A program made the position numbers and the translations under genes. From NCBI GenBank assembly GCA_965263355.1, contig CBDHHL010000032.1, forward strand, positions 2,848,001 to 2,912,000: 64,000 bases of DNA. Direction: 5' to 3'. The notes under the pieces are model-generated. The model was not told the DNA's origin and did no database searches. It saw only the letters and a program-made list of their open reading frames with translations. The DNA comes from Leptolyngbyaceae cyanobacterium (lineage in GTDB: Bacteria; Cyanobacteriota; Cyanobacteriia; Phormidesmidales; Phormidesmidaceae). This document shows, piece after piece, positions 63,583-64,000 of this stretch (its first letter is position 1; each line of letters starts with the position of its first letter).

Positions 63583-64000
63583 GGGGATGGTGGATAGTTG
63601 GGAGAGTTTTGGTGAGGTGTGATTGATATTGGTTTAGGGATTGCCCATCCTACGGAGACTTTTTAATATGTTTGTTTTTGTCGAAAGATTATTATTCTGC
63701 AGGTTGGTCTTTGGGGATGGTGGGTAATGGAGGTTTGGGTGAGGTGTGATTGATATTGGTGGAGGGGTTACCCTGGGGATGGTGGGTAATGGAGGTGTGG
63801 GTGAGGTGTGATTGATATTGGTGGAGGGGTTACCCACTCTACGGCTGAAATTTGGTCAATGGGTCATTGGGGGAATCTCTGGGGATGGTGGGTAATGGAG
63901 GTGTGGGTGAGGTGTGATTGATATTGGTGGAGGACGGGTTACCCACTCTACGGCTGAAATTTGGTCAATGGGTCATTGGGGGAATCTCTGGGGATGGTGG
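63583..64000. repeat. G-rich tandem repeat array with REP-like arms, runs off the window end
   Basis: Units starting GGGGATGGTGG at 63583 (diverged), 63713, 63775, 63881 and 63990. Confidence 0.88.

Noticed and set aside
63583..64000. Possible CRISPR array
   Set aside because: The repeat core (about 60 bp) is too long, the intervening sequences are absent or identical rather than unique, and there are no cas genes in the window.

Overview
Chromosomal window of a cyanobacterium: frequent HIP1 octamers GCGATCGC, a cyanobacterial 16S and a Rubisco activase with an RbcS-like C-terminal domain. A filamentous Leptolyngbya/Leptothoe-like lineage is my inference. Layout: 0-18 kb holds mostly core genes (phasin-like, tRNA-Asp, TM0106 nuclease, geranylgeranyl reductase, a TetR/recombinase-fold fusion divergent from a delta-9 desaturase, rca, xth, CDF, amino-acid ABC, GH57, nadC). 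18-23.3 kb is a complete rrn operon (16S-tRNA-Ile-tRNA-Ala-23S-5S). 23.4-26.1 kb is a small AT-rich islet with an LSDAT/SLOG gene, a decayed TIR-domain gene missed by the ORF track, and DUF1643. 26-32 kb returns to core genes (MFS, tRNA-Arg, moaC, decarboxylase, cbiT). 32.2-51.7 kb is a ~19.5 kb polysaccharide synthesis/decoration cluster headed by an HpsE-type GT2 fused to a degenerate EAL domain; it also contains a sugar C-methyltransferase, three sulfotransferase-fold genes and a stand-alone FkbH-ACP-thioesterase protein. 52-59 kb has GH38, an SSB-like gene and glgA. 59-64 kb is an accessory tail (Uma2 genes, RHH regulator, microsatellite-frameshifted pentapeptide protein, G-rich tandem repeat array). 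The best candidate for an undescribed system is the polysaccharide cluster (possible c-di-GMP-sensing glycosyltransferase plus an NRPS-like glyceryl-loading module). The TetR-desaturase unit with twin operators and the SLOG/TIR relic come next. All family calls are from motif recognition by eye, not from database searches.
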